Notes under the pieces: generated by a model
Databases searched by the model: none
What the model was told of the DNA's origin: nothing
Seen by the model: the letters and a program-made list of their open reading frames with translations, nothing else
Part shown: one piece after another, positions 1 through 8,524 of the stretch
Layout: the number at the start of each line of letters is the position of its first letter
Numbering within the stretch: the first letter of the stretch is position 1
Program-made: the position numbers and the translations under genes
Assembly (NCBI GenBank): GCA_023384005.1
Contig: JAHDXY010000001.1
Location: 20,042 to 84,041, forward strand
Direction: 5' to 3'
From: Burkholderiaceae bacterium
Lineage (GTDB): Bacteria > Pseudomonadota > Gammaproteobacteria > Burkholderiales > Burkholderiaceae_E
DNA: 64,000 bases

Positions 1-52
1 CACTCAGTCACTCAGACTTGAACAAAACCTTGAAATCGTGCAGTAAGCAATT

Positions 53-676
53 GTGTTGCAGACACTATTCATACCGCCCTGCCTCCCCAGGTCTTCGTCC
101 AGCCTGCCTTCCGGGCCTGGCTGGCTGCACGAGCCTAAGATCGACGGCTGGCGTGTCCAGCTCATCAAGGCCGGCGGCGAGGTCTTTCTGTTCACCCGAG
201 GCGGACACGACATTGCCTCCCGCCTCACCAGGTTGCTCGAGGACCTGCGCGAGCTCCCGGTTGAATCATTCGTGATCGACGGCGAGCTCGTAGCCGACGA
301 GGCGGACAGGATCGGCAACGTCTTCTCGGTGCAGCGTGCGCTGGGTGCAGGCCGGCTCGACCAGATCGGCATCATGGCCTTCGACCTCCTCACCTGCGAG
401 GGCGAGGACGTGAGAACCATGCCGCTCATCGACCGCAAGGCGCTCCTCGACTCCTTCGTCGAACGAGCGTCCCTGCCGTGGCTGAGCTTTGTTGCCGGTC
501 ACCTCGACGGTGGAGCGCTCTTTGCCACCATGGACGGGCTTGGTCTCGAAGGCGTGGTCTCCAAGCGGATCAACTCGCCCTACCGCTCAGGCCGCCGCGA
601 CGAGTGGCGTAAGGTCAAGTGCCCGACCTGGCGTGAGCGTAACAAGGATCGGTGGCATATGTTCAGCAAAGGGTGA
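53..676 (+). CDS. ATP-dependent DNA ligase-like protein, adenylation domain only (short form)
   Basis: 207-aa ORF. KxDG motif in WLHEPKIDGWR, then FVIDGELV, LEGVVSKR and SPYRSGRRDEWRKVK, as in LigC/LigD-type ligases. Stops before a full OB domain. Confidence 0.7.
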   Translation: MLQTLFIPPCLPRSSSSLPSGPGWLHEPKIDGWRVQLIKAGGEVFLFTRGGHDIASRLTRLLEDLRELPVESFVIDGELVADEADRIGNVFSVQRALGAGRLDQIGIMAFDLLTCEGEDVRTMPLIDRKALLDSFVERASLPWLSFVAGHLDGGALFATMDGLGLEGVVSKRINSPYRSGRRDEWRKVKCPTWRERNKDRWHMFSKG

Positions 677-789
677 ATGTGCTGGTCTAGCTTAGGCTGG
701 TCTACCCACACCACCTTACTGCATCCCTGCGGCGGCCCGGTGCTGACACTAGGATCTGTGCTAAACACTCGCGCAACAGGCGGATCAAA

Positions 790-1473
790 TTGCGGGTAGG
801 GGGCAACTACATGACTGAGCTTCCGCTTTGGGCGCAGAACTTGGACCGTTGGCGGCTTCTGAGGGGAATGACAACCGAGGAGCTATCCGATGCGGCCGAT
901 GTCAACCTCAAGTCCCTCTACGGCTATCTCAAGGGTGAGGTCCATAATCCTCGCGGCGACACCTTGCAACGCTTGGCCGACGCACTCGGCACCACCGAAG
1001 AAGAGCTTCGGTTCGGCTCGCCCCAGCCTTCCGCACTCAAGCCCAACGGAATACACGCGGATAGCATTTCATCGGATGAGCGAGGCACGTCAGTAGGAGC
1101 GAGAATACACGCCGAGCGGAAGCGACTTGGGTTGAAGCAGGCTGAACTGGCGCGGCTTGTCGGAGTAACTCGACAATCAGTACACGCTTGGGAGAAGGGT
1201 ATGCAGATACCAGCGCGCACGTTGGTGTCGCTGCTATGTACGACACTCCAACTACCTCCATCCGCCCTGGACCCCTACTACGTCGCTATGGAGCAGGCGG
1301 AGGAGCGTAAGACCCTTCGGACTAACGAATGCGCATTAGAGCGTATCCAGGCGATCCTCGGGCTCTCCCCCTTGCACGACGTGGTAGAGTCGGTGCGTCT
1401 ACTTTATGAGCACGGCCGCGAAGCCTTCGAGGCGCAGCGCGGACCCAGATATCCGCACAACCCTACGAGATAG
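790..1473 (+). CDS. XRE-family regulator with two tandem HTH domains
   Basis: 227-aa ORF with two Cro/C1-type HTH segments: LRGMTTEELSDAADVNLKSLYGYLKG and RKRLGLKQAELARLVGVTRQSVHAWEKG. Confidence 0.7.
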   Translation: MRVGGNYMTELPLWAQNLDRWRLLRGMTTEELSDAADVNLKSLYGYLKGEVHNPRGDTLQRLADALGTTEEELRFGSPQPSALKPNGIHADSISSDERGTSVGARIHAERKRLGLKQAELARLVGVTRQSVHAWEKGMQIPARTLVSLLCTTLQLPPSALDPYYVAMEQAEERKTLRTNECALERIQAILGLSPLHDVVESVRLLYEHGREAFEAQRGPRYPHNPTR

Positions 1474-1477
1474 CGGC

Positions 1478-1537
1478 CAGTGCCCGACCTGGCGTGAGTG
1501 AAACAAGGATCGCTGGCGGGTTTTCGGCAAAGGCTGA
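1478..1537 (+). pseudogene. relic copy of the ligase 3' end with an in-frame TGA
   Basis: 60 nt align codon for codon with 617-676 (49/60 identical by hand). CPTWRE*NKDRWRVFGKG* versus CPTWRERNKDRWHMFSKG*. Confidence 0.6.
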
Positions 1538-1615
1538 ATCGGATCTAGCAGACGCAAATTGGTCTCGGCTACTCTGCTGGTTGTTCTGCCAACAGCGTGA
1601 AGCACTGGCTTAGCG

Positions 1616-2119
1616 TTATGTGCTGCGCGTGGTTGTCTGGAACGCAAAGCTGATCACTGCGAGCTCGGGTAGTTGCCGTGCATCCCAGTGCCACTCGGTC
1701 TGCTTGTATTCGGCACCCGCGACGGAGAGTTCGATCTCATTCGGCATTGGTGCACCGTTCCGATGACGTTGGAGAAGATCGTTGCGAATGTCGCTGCCGA
1801 CGTAAATGACGCAATCCATGCTGTCGTAGTCAGGAACGCAAGTTATTACACCGAGTGGTCGCGGGTCATGTTCCATCGGGCTGTTTGAAACTGGAGCGCT
1901 TATGGGATGACCTCCGATCATCAATTGCTTGGGCGTGGAATAGCTATCTTCCACGAACAAATTGATGAAAGGACCATTCAGCCGGTTTCCAGAAACTACG
2001 ATCGTCCCAGTATCACGGCTTGCTAGGCACGACGTGCTCAGTAAAAAAATCGGGGCATGGCCTACCTGTGCAGACGCACGTACGGTCCAACTCGTAGCGT
2101 GGAGTCTCAGTAGCAGCAC
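1616..2119 (-). CDS. hypothetical protein, possible GIY-YIG-like core
   Basis: 167-aa ORF in a lower-GC patch. GVITCVPDYDSMDCVIYVGSDIRNDLLQRHRNG loosely resembles the UvrC-type GIY..YxG..R..H motif. Its GTG start abuts the stop of 2120-2398. Confidence 0.4.
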   Translation of the reverse strand: MLLLRLHATSWTVRASAQVGHAPIFLLSTSCLASRDTGTIVVSGNRLNGPFINLFVEDSYSTPKQLMIGGHPISAPVSNSPMEHDPRPLGVITCVPDYDSMDCVIYVGSDIRNDLLQRHRNGAPMPNEIELSVAGAEYKQTEWHWDARQLPELAVISFAFQTTTRST

Positions 2120-2398
2120 TTACCAGCCTCCGCGACCTATGCTGAAGACGATGAACATGAAGGCTAGGAGAAGTATAAGAGCGAGAAGTGGCCAAATGGC
2201 TCCAGCGACAGCGGCAACAATCAGCGATGGGAGCCAGCCTAGCCCCACTCCGAGTAGAAATCCGTACGTCACAATACAGTAGATATAGCTAACGACAAAA
2301 GTCAGGGCTGCTGTGATCGCGAACCCGGTTGCATAAGAGTTTTCGTTTTTACTCAAACGCCTCGTTCCCCCAGATAGATCAGCTGAGTTAAAGGTCAA
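2120..2398 (-). CDS. small integral membrane protein
   Basis: 92-aa ORF with hydrophobic spans FAITAALTFVVSYIYCIVTYGFLLGVGLGWL and VAAVAGAIWPLLALILLLAFMFIVF. Lower GC than surroundings. Confidence 0.55.
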   Translation of the reverse strand: MTFNSADLSGGTRRLSKNENSYATGFAITAALTFVVSYIYCIVTYGFLLGVGLGWLPSLIVAAVAGAIWPLLALILLLAFMFIVFSIGRGGW

Positions 2399-2686
2399 TG
2401 CGCTTCGTTGGCAAGCGTGAAAGTGAGCCGTCTATGCACGCGGAAGCAGATGGGACACCCCGAACTGGCCCCCGCGCCCCCGCCCAGGCTCCACAATCGC
2501 CCTCCCCTGGTCTGACCCCTCGTGATCCGAAATGCCCCGGTCTCCTACTACGACGACGTGACCGACTCCGAACTGTCCCAACCACCTACGACTACAACGA
2601 CGGCGTGCAATGGGGCGGCCTTACATCGCCGGAGGCTTGGCAGGCGAGATTTGCGGCAGCCCAGGGCAGCGCGCTCGGAGCTACCG

Positions 2687-2700
2687 TGCAATTAACTGCA
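2687..2700. repeat. palindrome-family copy
   Basis: TGCAATTAACTGCA (1 mismatch). In the decayed left region, outside the contiguous gene block. Confidence 0.8.
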
Positions 2701-3263
2701 TCTCCTCATCTGCAGGCCGGTCTCCACCTTGGCGAACGAGCGTCTCCTAGCGACGCGCTGTCTAGGGGTTCGTCTTCGTCACCTGTCCCCCCACACATCA
2801 AGATGTGACCTCGAGGCTGCCGTGCGGCATTTTCCTAATCCGGGCCAGGAGCGGCAGTGCTCCCGCTTCGGCACGCTGCGACGCAGCGGCACGCCGAACT
2901 TCCCCTTCGGCTTTGCTATGCTCAGTTGACCGCACTCATCACGCCATCCGGCATGACGTTCATTGGCAGCGCAACGGGCCCGCGCTACCAAGCGACGCTC
3001 AATGGCGTGATCAGCGTCAATGGAGCCGGCGCGCGACCTACTTCCCAGGCGATAGCGGCGGCGTGCTGGCGAGCGGCGCTCAGTACAGCTAGCAGTCTGT
3101 CGACGACAGTCGAGTCAGATTGCTGTTGATACGTCAACGCCTTGCCTCGAATTTTGATCTTTGTCAACGCAGGGCGCTCACATGAGCTTAATGCGAAGCA
3201 CGCACAACTTACGGCAGTGCGGCCTTGTTTGCACGGTCTTCGGTGTAGTAGAGCCACTAGTAC

Positions 3264-3740
3264 TTGAGTAAGCAAGTTTCACACAAGGTCGCTCGCATGA
3301 TCGATCACCACGGACTGCAGCCCAAGAGTGCTTCGATCGATGCGCACGTAGGCCTTCGGGTGAAGCAGCGGCGTGTTGAACTCGGGATGAGCCAGGAAGA
3401 CCTTGCCCGAAAACTCGACACCACGTGGCAGCAGGTACTGAAGCACGAGACCGGCGACATCCGTCTCACGTGCGGGCGACTGTACGAACTGTCGCGAGTG
3501 CTGAAGGTGCCGATGGAGTGGTTCTTCATTGGCGCGCCCGGGGTAGATCTGACCCTTGATCACGAGCGACTTCGAGCCGATGCTGATGATGCGCTCATAG
3601 GCGAGCTCGTTGAAACCTTGCGCGAGATCCGCAGCCCCTCGGTAACAGCGAAGGCGATCAACATGATCAAGCTGCTGATCGACCTCCATCGAGAGAGCAG
3701 CCCAGCTCCAGACCACAGTCGGTCGGCAGAGTGCCCCTAG
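3264..3740 (+). CDS. XRE-family HTH regulator
   Basis: 158-aa ORF with HTH LGMSQEDLARKLDTTWQQVLKHETGD. The ATG at 3297 may be the true start. Confidence 0.7.
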   Translation: MSKQVSHKVARMIDHHGLQPKSASIDAHVGLRVKQRRVELGMSQEDLARKLDTTWQQVLKHETGDIRLTCGRLYELSRVLKVPMEWFFIGAPGVDLTLDHERLRADADDALIGELVETLREIRSPSVTAKAINMIKLLIDLHRESSPAPDHSRSAECP

Positions 3741-3941
3741 CCAGCCACGTGCTCGCCAGCCCATGGAGGACCCAGCGCCCCAGACAGACCTGCCATGATC
3801 GGACCGCATGCCTTTACTGAACGTTGTTTTTTCAACCCGTTGCTGATGTTGCTTCACGTTGGCCGCACAGTTGCCAATCCACCCAATCCGGCTAAACTTT
3901 GCACCGTCGGGAGCATTTTTGTGGCGTAGTGGCGGGGTTGG

Positions 3942-4352
3942 GTGCAAATGGGTGACAATGCTAACGCAGTCGAAGCTGAGCGGAGAGGGCTCGACGATCA
4001 GCCAGCAGATGCTCTGGGGAATGGAACGCTTGAGAAAGTTGAACTGATCGAGATCGGCGCAGAATTTCTAAGCCTGCAGCTTCGACTTGGAACGATGCTG
4101 GATACCCAGCAAAAGGCGTGGCCAGGTGCTGCGTGGACTGAGGAATTGGAGCAGCAGTGGGCTCGAAGAGTCACCCCCATCTATGATCGAATCGCGGAGC
4201 TGAGATGGGCGGCCGTCCGTTGCCCCGCGAACTCGCTCGCTGAGCTCAGGACCAAGGCAACTATCCTGATGGACGTCGTCGAGGACGACTCGGGTGACGT
4301 CACCTCTCAATTGACCATGTCCCTGTGCAGGGATCTTGTCGGGGCGGACTGA
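3942..4352 (+). CDS. hypothetical protein
   Basis: 136-aa ORF with balanced composition; no recognisable motif. Confidence 0.4.
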   Translation: MQMGDNANAVEAERRGLDDQPADALGNGTLEKVELIEIGAEFLSLQLRLGTMLDTQQKAWPGAAWTEELEQQWARRVTPIYDRIAELRWAAVRCPANSLAELRTKATILMDVVEDDSGDVTSQLTMSLCRDLVGAD

Positions 4353-4397
4353 CCGAAGTCGCGTCCCAGCCTGTGGAGCTGACGATCACCGCAGGAT

Positions 4398-4760
4398 CTA
4401 ATCTGCGCCCGCGCGACAGCGAGTGGGCGCTCTAGCCACAATTATCCGCTTGGCCCCCCCGATGTAGGGGTTGTCGACAGATGCGGGGCTGCCGGGCGCG
4501 CCGCAGTGCCGACAGTCCCTCTTGCCGGGCGAAACCGGCATCTCGCGCGCCATCCGGATCTCATGACGGGCGACATTCAGTGCCGTTCGCGCGACGGGAT
4601 TCAACCAGCGCTGATACCAGCGGCGCGCCTGATCGGCCTTGTCGGCAACCGCGAACCGCGCCAGCAGTTTGGGCATGGTGCGCTCGAGGCGGTGGGCCCT
4701 GCGTGCATAGTAGGCATAGCGGGCTTGGGCTACCCGCTGGTGTCTATAGGCTCGTCTCAT
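4398..4760 (-). CDS. hypothetical basic protein
   Basis: 120-aa ORF with AGGAGG about 8 nt upstream of the ATG. Arg-rich; no family recognised. Confidence 0.4.
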   Translation of the reverse strand: MRRAYRHQRVAQARYAYYARRAHRLERTMPKLLARFAVADKADQARRWYQRWLNPVARTALNVARHEIRMAREMPVSPGKRDCRHCGAPGSPASVDNPYIGGAKRIIVARAPTRCRAGAD

Positions 4761-4789
4761 GACTGCGTCCTCCTGTTGGGAAGGATTCG

Positions 4790-4882
4790 TCAGTTTAGCA
4801 AAACCGTCGTGCCCACATAGGCGAGGGCGAAAGCGATCATCCCAGCTACGATGTACAGCACTGCGTAGCGATACCTGAGCAT
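4790..4882 (-). CDS. candidate 30-aa single-pass membrane peptide
   Basis: Hand translation MLRYRYAVLYIVAGMIAFALAYVGTTVLLN, with GAGGG upstream. Below the ORF-track size cutoff. Confidence 0.2.
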   Translation of the reverse strand: MLRYRYAVLYIVAGMIAFALAYVGTTVLLN

Positions 4883-5046
4883 GTAACCCTCAAGACTTCT
4901 TGACTGGTGGAGCGCCCAGGACGCCCCGACCCCTATTTGAGGGGTAGCCCTACGAGCACCCAGACTGATTAGCTAGTTGACGATCCGACCAAGGACGGTA
5001 TGCTCACGGGCGGCTGATTTTCAGCCGTCTTAGAGTGAGGTCTGAT

Positions 5047-5187
5047 ATGCGTATATTCTTTGCGATTGCGCTAACTCTCGCGACTGTCTCAGGGGCGTTT
5101 GCCCATGGCGGTGGCTGCCGAAAGAGCTCGCCGCTAGGTCAGTGCTGCCACATGGACAACTCGACAGGGTCTGTTCACTGCCACTGA
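5047..5187 (+). CDS. candidate 46-aa secreted Cys/His-rich peptide
   Basis: Hand translation MRIFFAIALTLATVSGAFA/HGGGCRKSSPLGQCCHMDNSTGSVHCH. GAGG about 8 nt upstream; signal-peptide-like N-terminus with an AxA site. Confidence 0.4.
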   Translation: MRIFFAIALTLATVSGAFAHGGGCRKSSPLGQCCHMDNSTGSVHCH

Positions 5188-5216
5188 TCTGAGCCCCCAA
5201 ACTTGATGCCGGTAGC

Positions 5217-5384
5217 CTATGTGCGGCCGGCTTCTCCCGCGATGGTGGGCATCTGTAGGTTACTCCTGTCGTTCTGTTGCAATTGATTGCACGCACTTCT
5301 GATCTCCTGCTCGTTGAGGAACTGGCCGCATGGGCAGAGCAGCGTGTCGTAAAAGTAGCCGGCCGGGTGATACTGCCTGGTCAC
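5217..5384 (-). CDS. candidate 55-aa protein
   Basis: Hand translation from GTG: TRQYHPAGYFYDTLLCPCGQFLNEQEIRSACNQLQQNDRSNLQMPTIAGEAGRT. GGGAAG upstream. Starts 39 nt after motif copy 5424, like several other genes. Confidence 0.3.
   Translation of the reverse strand: MTRQYHPAGYFYDTLLCPCGQFLNEQEIRSACNQLQQNDRSNLQMPTIAGEAGRT
5278..5291. repeat. palindrome-family copy
   Basis: TGCAATTGATTGCA (1 mismatch). Inside candidate ORF 5217-5384. Confidence 0.8.
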
Positions 5385-5423
5385 ATCGGGCTTCCCGTGA
5401 CGCCGGCATTGCCCGCACTAAAT

Positions 5424-5437
5424 TGCAATTAACTGCA
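5424..5437. repeat. palindrome-family copy
   Basis: TGCAATTAACTGCA (1 mismatch). Between stop 5478 and candidate start 5384. Confidence 0.8.
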
Positions 5438-5477
5438 CGGACAGCTCGCGAACTTCCTGACCGGTTGACATCGGGGT

Positions 5478-5732
5478 CTATGCCTTTCCACCTGCAAGAG
5501 CCTCGTGGATGGCCGCGAGGAGCTTGTTCGAGGGGACCTTATGGGTATGGGAGCTTTGCAGCAGTTGGTCGCGGGCGGCCTTTGCCGTGGCTTTGTCGGG
5601 GTAGTCGAGCTTGATGATCCCCGAGGATGGCTGCAGCACCATGAAGCTGTGGCTGGGGACTTGCTCCCCAGCCTCTGCTGACGTGATCGGGCCGATGAAG
5701 GTCATCGGTGATGGCCTGGCCCGCCTGCTCAT
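5478..5732 (-). CDS. hypothetical protein
   Basis: ORF track 5478..5756. The internal ATG at 5732 has GGAGCGAGAGG upstream. Confidence 0.5.
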   Translation of the reverse strand: MSRRARPSPMTFIGPITSAEAGEQVPSHSFMVLQPSSGIIKLDYPDKATAKAARDQLLQSSHTHKVPSNKLLAAIHEALAGGKA

Positions 5733-5751
5733 GAAACCTCTCGCTCCAACA

Positions 5752-5765
5752 TGCAATTAATTGCG
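5752..5765. repeat. palindrome-family copy
   Basis: TGCAATTAATTGCG (1 mismatch). 19 nt upstream of the ATG at 5732. Confidence 0.8.
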
Positions 5766-5796
5766 TCTACACTGTTGCGAAAAGGACCATCGACCG

Positions 5797-6324
5797 TCAT
5801 GTGTTGTCCTTCTTCATCTTGAGGACGTATTTGACCATGTTCATGATCGCCTCTTCCTTGTTGACGATGCCCTTCCCCGACTTCTGCCCCTTGAACATCA
5901 GGAGCGCCTTCTCAAGCAGGGCGTAATCCTCCGGCGGGAAGTAGGCGAGGACGGCACGGGCGTTCGTCATCGGCTCCTCGCCCCTCAACAGCTGCTCCAG
6001 CTCCTTCGCCGTATAGTTCTCGGCATGTTTCAGGAGCTCGGCATAGTTCGTCTTGTTGATGTGCCGGGAGAGAATGTTCAGCTTCGTCCAGCCGATCCGC
6101 TTCAGGCGATCCTTCTTGACCGGGATCTTGCTGAACGTGCGGTCGATCGTGACGAGGTAGTACGCCTTTCGCTGGCCCAGCGCCGGACTCTGAACGGCCA
6201 AGCGGAACTTCTCGGGGTCAGTATCCTGAAGCTCGCGTAGCATCCTGCCGAGCTCGAGGAAGTTCTCGTCGACGGACTTCGAAAGACCTACAACTTGATG
6301 ATACAAATCTGGCACCTTGTCCAC
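5797..6324 (-). CDS. putative DNA-binding protein, paralog of the C-terminal half of 9539-10729
   Basis: ORF track 5797..6399. GTG at 6324 is preceded by AAGGAGGAG. Shares the block FLELG..L, R.AYY..I and RIGWTKL with 9539-10729. Confidence 0.5.
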   Translation of the reverse strand: MDKVPDLYHQVVGLSKSVDENFLELGRMLRELQDTDPEKFRLAVQSPALGQRKAYYLVTIDRTFSKIPVKKDRLKRIGWTKLNILSRHINKTNYAELLKHAENYTAKELEQLLRGEEPMTNARAVLAYFPPEDYALLEKALLMFKGQKSGKGIVNKEEAIMNMVKYVLKMKKDNT

Positions 6325-6456
6325 CTCACTCCTCCTTGAGTTATGTCTTGGTGCATGCCGATAGCTATAGTAGCGCTCTACAAAACGTCTTGTTCTCAAG
6401 ACAAGGAAAATCTCTGATTCTCTGACGGAAACTTACGATTCTCCTAAGCAGAACGC

Positions 6457-6810
6457 TCAGCGTTGATCGATTAATTCGCGGTGGCGCACCTCCGTGAAGT
6501 CTGGCACCAACAGGTCCAGGTCGACCTTGCTGGTGTAAGGGTTGACCTCACCTCCCTCTGCAATCTCGGTGCCGCGGAGGTACGTCCCAATGAATTGTGG
6601 GTAGGTCATGACGGTGAGTCCACGCTCTGTGGCTCGCGCCGCCTTGGCTGTGTCTATCCTGCTTGCAACGAGGACAGTCGTGTCTGCCCGGACACCACAG
6701 TGGACCTCCATGCCCGCTTGCTCGCATGCCTTGATCAGGTTGGCTCGCAGGATCGAGCGTCCATAGCCGTCAACTGCGGGTCCTGTAAAGACGATCCTCA
6801 TGTTACTCAC
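6457..6810 (-). CDS. BRCT-domain protein
   Basis: 117 aa. IVFTGPAVDGYGRSILRANLIKACEQAGMEV...TTVLVAS...KAARATERGLTVMTYPQF fits the BRCT pattern. Confidence 0.6.
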   Translation of the reverse strand: MSNMRIVFTGPAVDGYGRSILRANLIKACEQAGMEVHCGVRADTTVLVASRIDTAKAARATERGLTVMTYPQFIGTYLRGTEIAEGGEVNPYTSKVDLDLLVPDFTEVRHRELIDQR

Positions 6811-7046
6811 CTAGCCCTCCATAGCTTACATGGCATTAACTGCGCGCTTGCGGGTACGATGACCTTGCTGGGCTGCAGCCACTTAACTCTTTGATATTAC
6901 ACGTTATTTCGTGGCTCTCCAAGGGCCAGGCACAGATTATCGAACGGCAACCGAACAGATGGGTTCTGCCAGCCCTGGTAACGCCCTTGCCTCGGGGGGT
7001 GCAGAGGGGGCTGGTCATGCACGTCACCCCCTCGACCCTCACGGAA

Positions 7047-7436
7047 CTAGCCCTTCAACAACCCGAACTTGATGGCGGTCTTCTTGGCGAGGACCATGCG
7101 GAGCATGTTGTCCTTGATCTCGACGGAGATGGGATGGGACTTGTGGAGGAACTGGACTTCCCCGCCATCGAAGTACCACCACGACTTCGTCTGACGATTA
7201 AACGGGAACTCCAGGGTGACGGTGTCCTCGGCCTGGACATCCTTGGCGACCTTGGCGACCGGAGCCGGTATGGCAGGTGGCATGCCGCTCTTGCAGATGG
7301 TGACGGGCACGACCTGGAAGCCGGTGGTCACCTTGTAGACGGCGTATTTCGTATCCTTAGTCTGCATCAGCTTGTTCGCGATCTGATTCGCGATGCCTTC
7401 CTGCGGGTAGATCATCTTGGTGGTTTCGGTATGCAT
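7047..7436 (-). CDS. hypothetical protein
   Basis: 129-aa ORF; CCAGGAGGGAAAG immediately upstream of the ATG. Confidence 0.6.
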   Translation of the reverse strand: MHTETTKMIYPQEGIANQIANKLMQTKDTKYAVYKVTTGFQVVPVTICKSGMPPAIPAPVAKVAKDVQAEDTVTLEFPFNRQTKSWWYFDGGEVQFLHKSHPISVEIKDNMLRMVLAKKTAIKFGLLKG

Positions 7437-7477
7437 CTTTCCCTCCTGGACTAAGCGGTGGTTGCCTGTACTGTTCC

Positions 7478-7491
7478 TGCACTTAATTGCA
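7478..7491. repeat. palindrome-family copy
   Basis: TGCACTTAATTGCA (1 mismatch). The central TAA is the stop of 7483-7890. 41 nt before start 7436. Confidence 0.85.
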
Positions 7492-7890
7492 CGTCTCGAA
7501 GCGGGCCGCCCAGCTCAGCTTCACAGCCGACGCATCGGAATGCTTCACCGCGACGTATCCCCAACGGTTGGCCCGAGGCAGATGGCAGATCACTGTCACC
7601 TTCTGCCCGTTCCAGAGCTTCTGCACGACACGATCACGCGAGACCCGGTAAGACCGGCAGAGCTCATTGATTTGCTCTTCGATCTTCTTCTCCAGATTGC
7701 GGGCCGGGTCCATCACAACGGCCATCATGCGGAGCCCCTCGACCGTCCAGCCGCTCTCCTCCCACTTGCGGGCGAGCAGCTTCGGGTTCAGCTCGTACTC
7801 GGCTGCGATGCTGGCGAACAGAGCGTCGGTCAGCTCCTTGCCGCCGACCACTTCGTCTTTCACGTCTTTCAGTGCATCTGCGAGGCTCAT
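7483..7890 (-). CDS. hypothetical protein
   Basis: 135-aa ORF; GGAGGGAAGAG upstream of the ATG. Ends Cys-Asn-TAA inside a motif copy. Confidence 0.6.
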   Translation of the reverse strand: MSLADALKDVKDEVVGGKELTDALFASIAAEYELNPKLLARKWEESGWTVEGLRMMAVVMDPARNLEKKIEEQINELCRSYRVSRDRVVQKLWNGQKVTVICHLPRANRWGYVAVKHSDASAVKLSWAARFETCN

Positions 7891-7965
7891 CTCTTCCCTC
7901 CGTGGATTGGATGAATTTCGATGCTTCTACAATATCTTAGGTCGGCATCCCTGTATATTTGAAAA

Positions 7966-7979
7966 CGCAATTAATTGCA
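7966..7979. repeat. palindrome-family copy
   Basis: CGCAATTAATTGCA (1 mismatch). The central TAA is the stop of 7971-8273. Confidence 0.85.
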
Positions 7980-8273
7980 TCGCTCAATTGGCGACGCCTT
8001 GTTAGCTACCGCGAGCGCCTCGCCGTGCCTGTAGTGCCTGCGAGCATCCGTGAGGCGGGTAAACGTCTCCCAGAACCTTCGCTCGTGCTTCGCGAAATCG
8101 TAAGCCCTGACGTGGTACAGCCCGGCTCCGGGGGACGGCATATCCAGCGTGATCTGGACGGATCCGTGCTCCTTCCTCTCGATGTAGCCGCAGGCCAGTG
8201 CGTAGGGCGTCAGCCAGCCTTCCTTCGTGTAGAACTTCGGGTGCCGGATATGACGGGGGTCAGCCTTTGTCAT
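7971..8273 (-). CDS. hypothetical protein
   Basis: 100-aa ORF that overlaps the upstream gene by 14 nt. Ends Cys-Asn-TAA inside a motif copy. Confidence 0.55.
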   Translation of the reverse strand: MTKADPRHIRHPKFYTKEGWLTPYALACGYIERKEHGSVQITLDMPSPGAGLYHVRAYDFAKHERRFWETFTRLTDARRHYRHGEALAVANKASPIERCN

Positions 8274-8469
8274 TCCAGCTCCTGTTCATCTTGATCTGCT
8301 TCAAGACGTAGTAGGCAAACCTCTCGCATGGCGTCGGTTCCGCAAGGCCGGACGCCCACACAGGCACTTTGGAGAGCAGGTCATGTTCGACGCTCTTCAG
8401 GAATTCCTTGTCATAGTAGTCCCCGTTCACGCCCAAATACGGGTAAGGACTGCCCGCCTTGTCCGTCAT
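8260..8469 (-). CDS. hypothetical protein
   Basis: 69-aa ORF with GGGGGG upstream of the ATG. Confidence 0.5.
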   Translation of the reverse strand: MTDKAGSPYPYLGVNGDYYDKEFLKSVEHDLLSKVPVWASGLAEPTPCERFAYYVLKQIKMNRSWNDKG

Positions 8470-8510
8470 CTCACGCCCCCCTTTCTCTCATTATTCGACA
8501 TCACCCCACA

Positions 8511-8524
8511 TGCACTTAATTGCA
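8511..8524. repeat. palindrome-family copy
   Basis: TGCACTTAATTGCA (1 mismatch). The central TAA is the stop of 8516-9154. 41 nt before start 8469. Confidence 0.85.

Noticed and set aside
39-60. GCAATTGTGTTGCA near the left edge as another motif copy.
   Set aside because: The arm spacing is one nt longer and the core is not TTAA. It is too weak to count.
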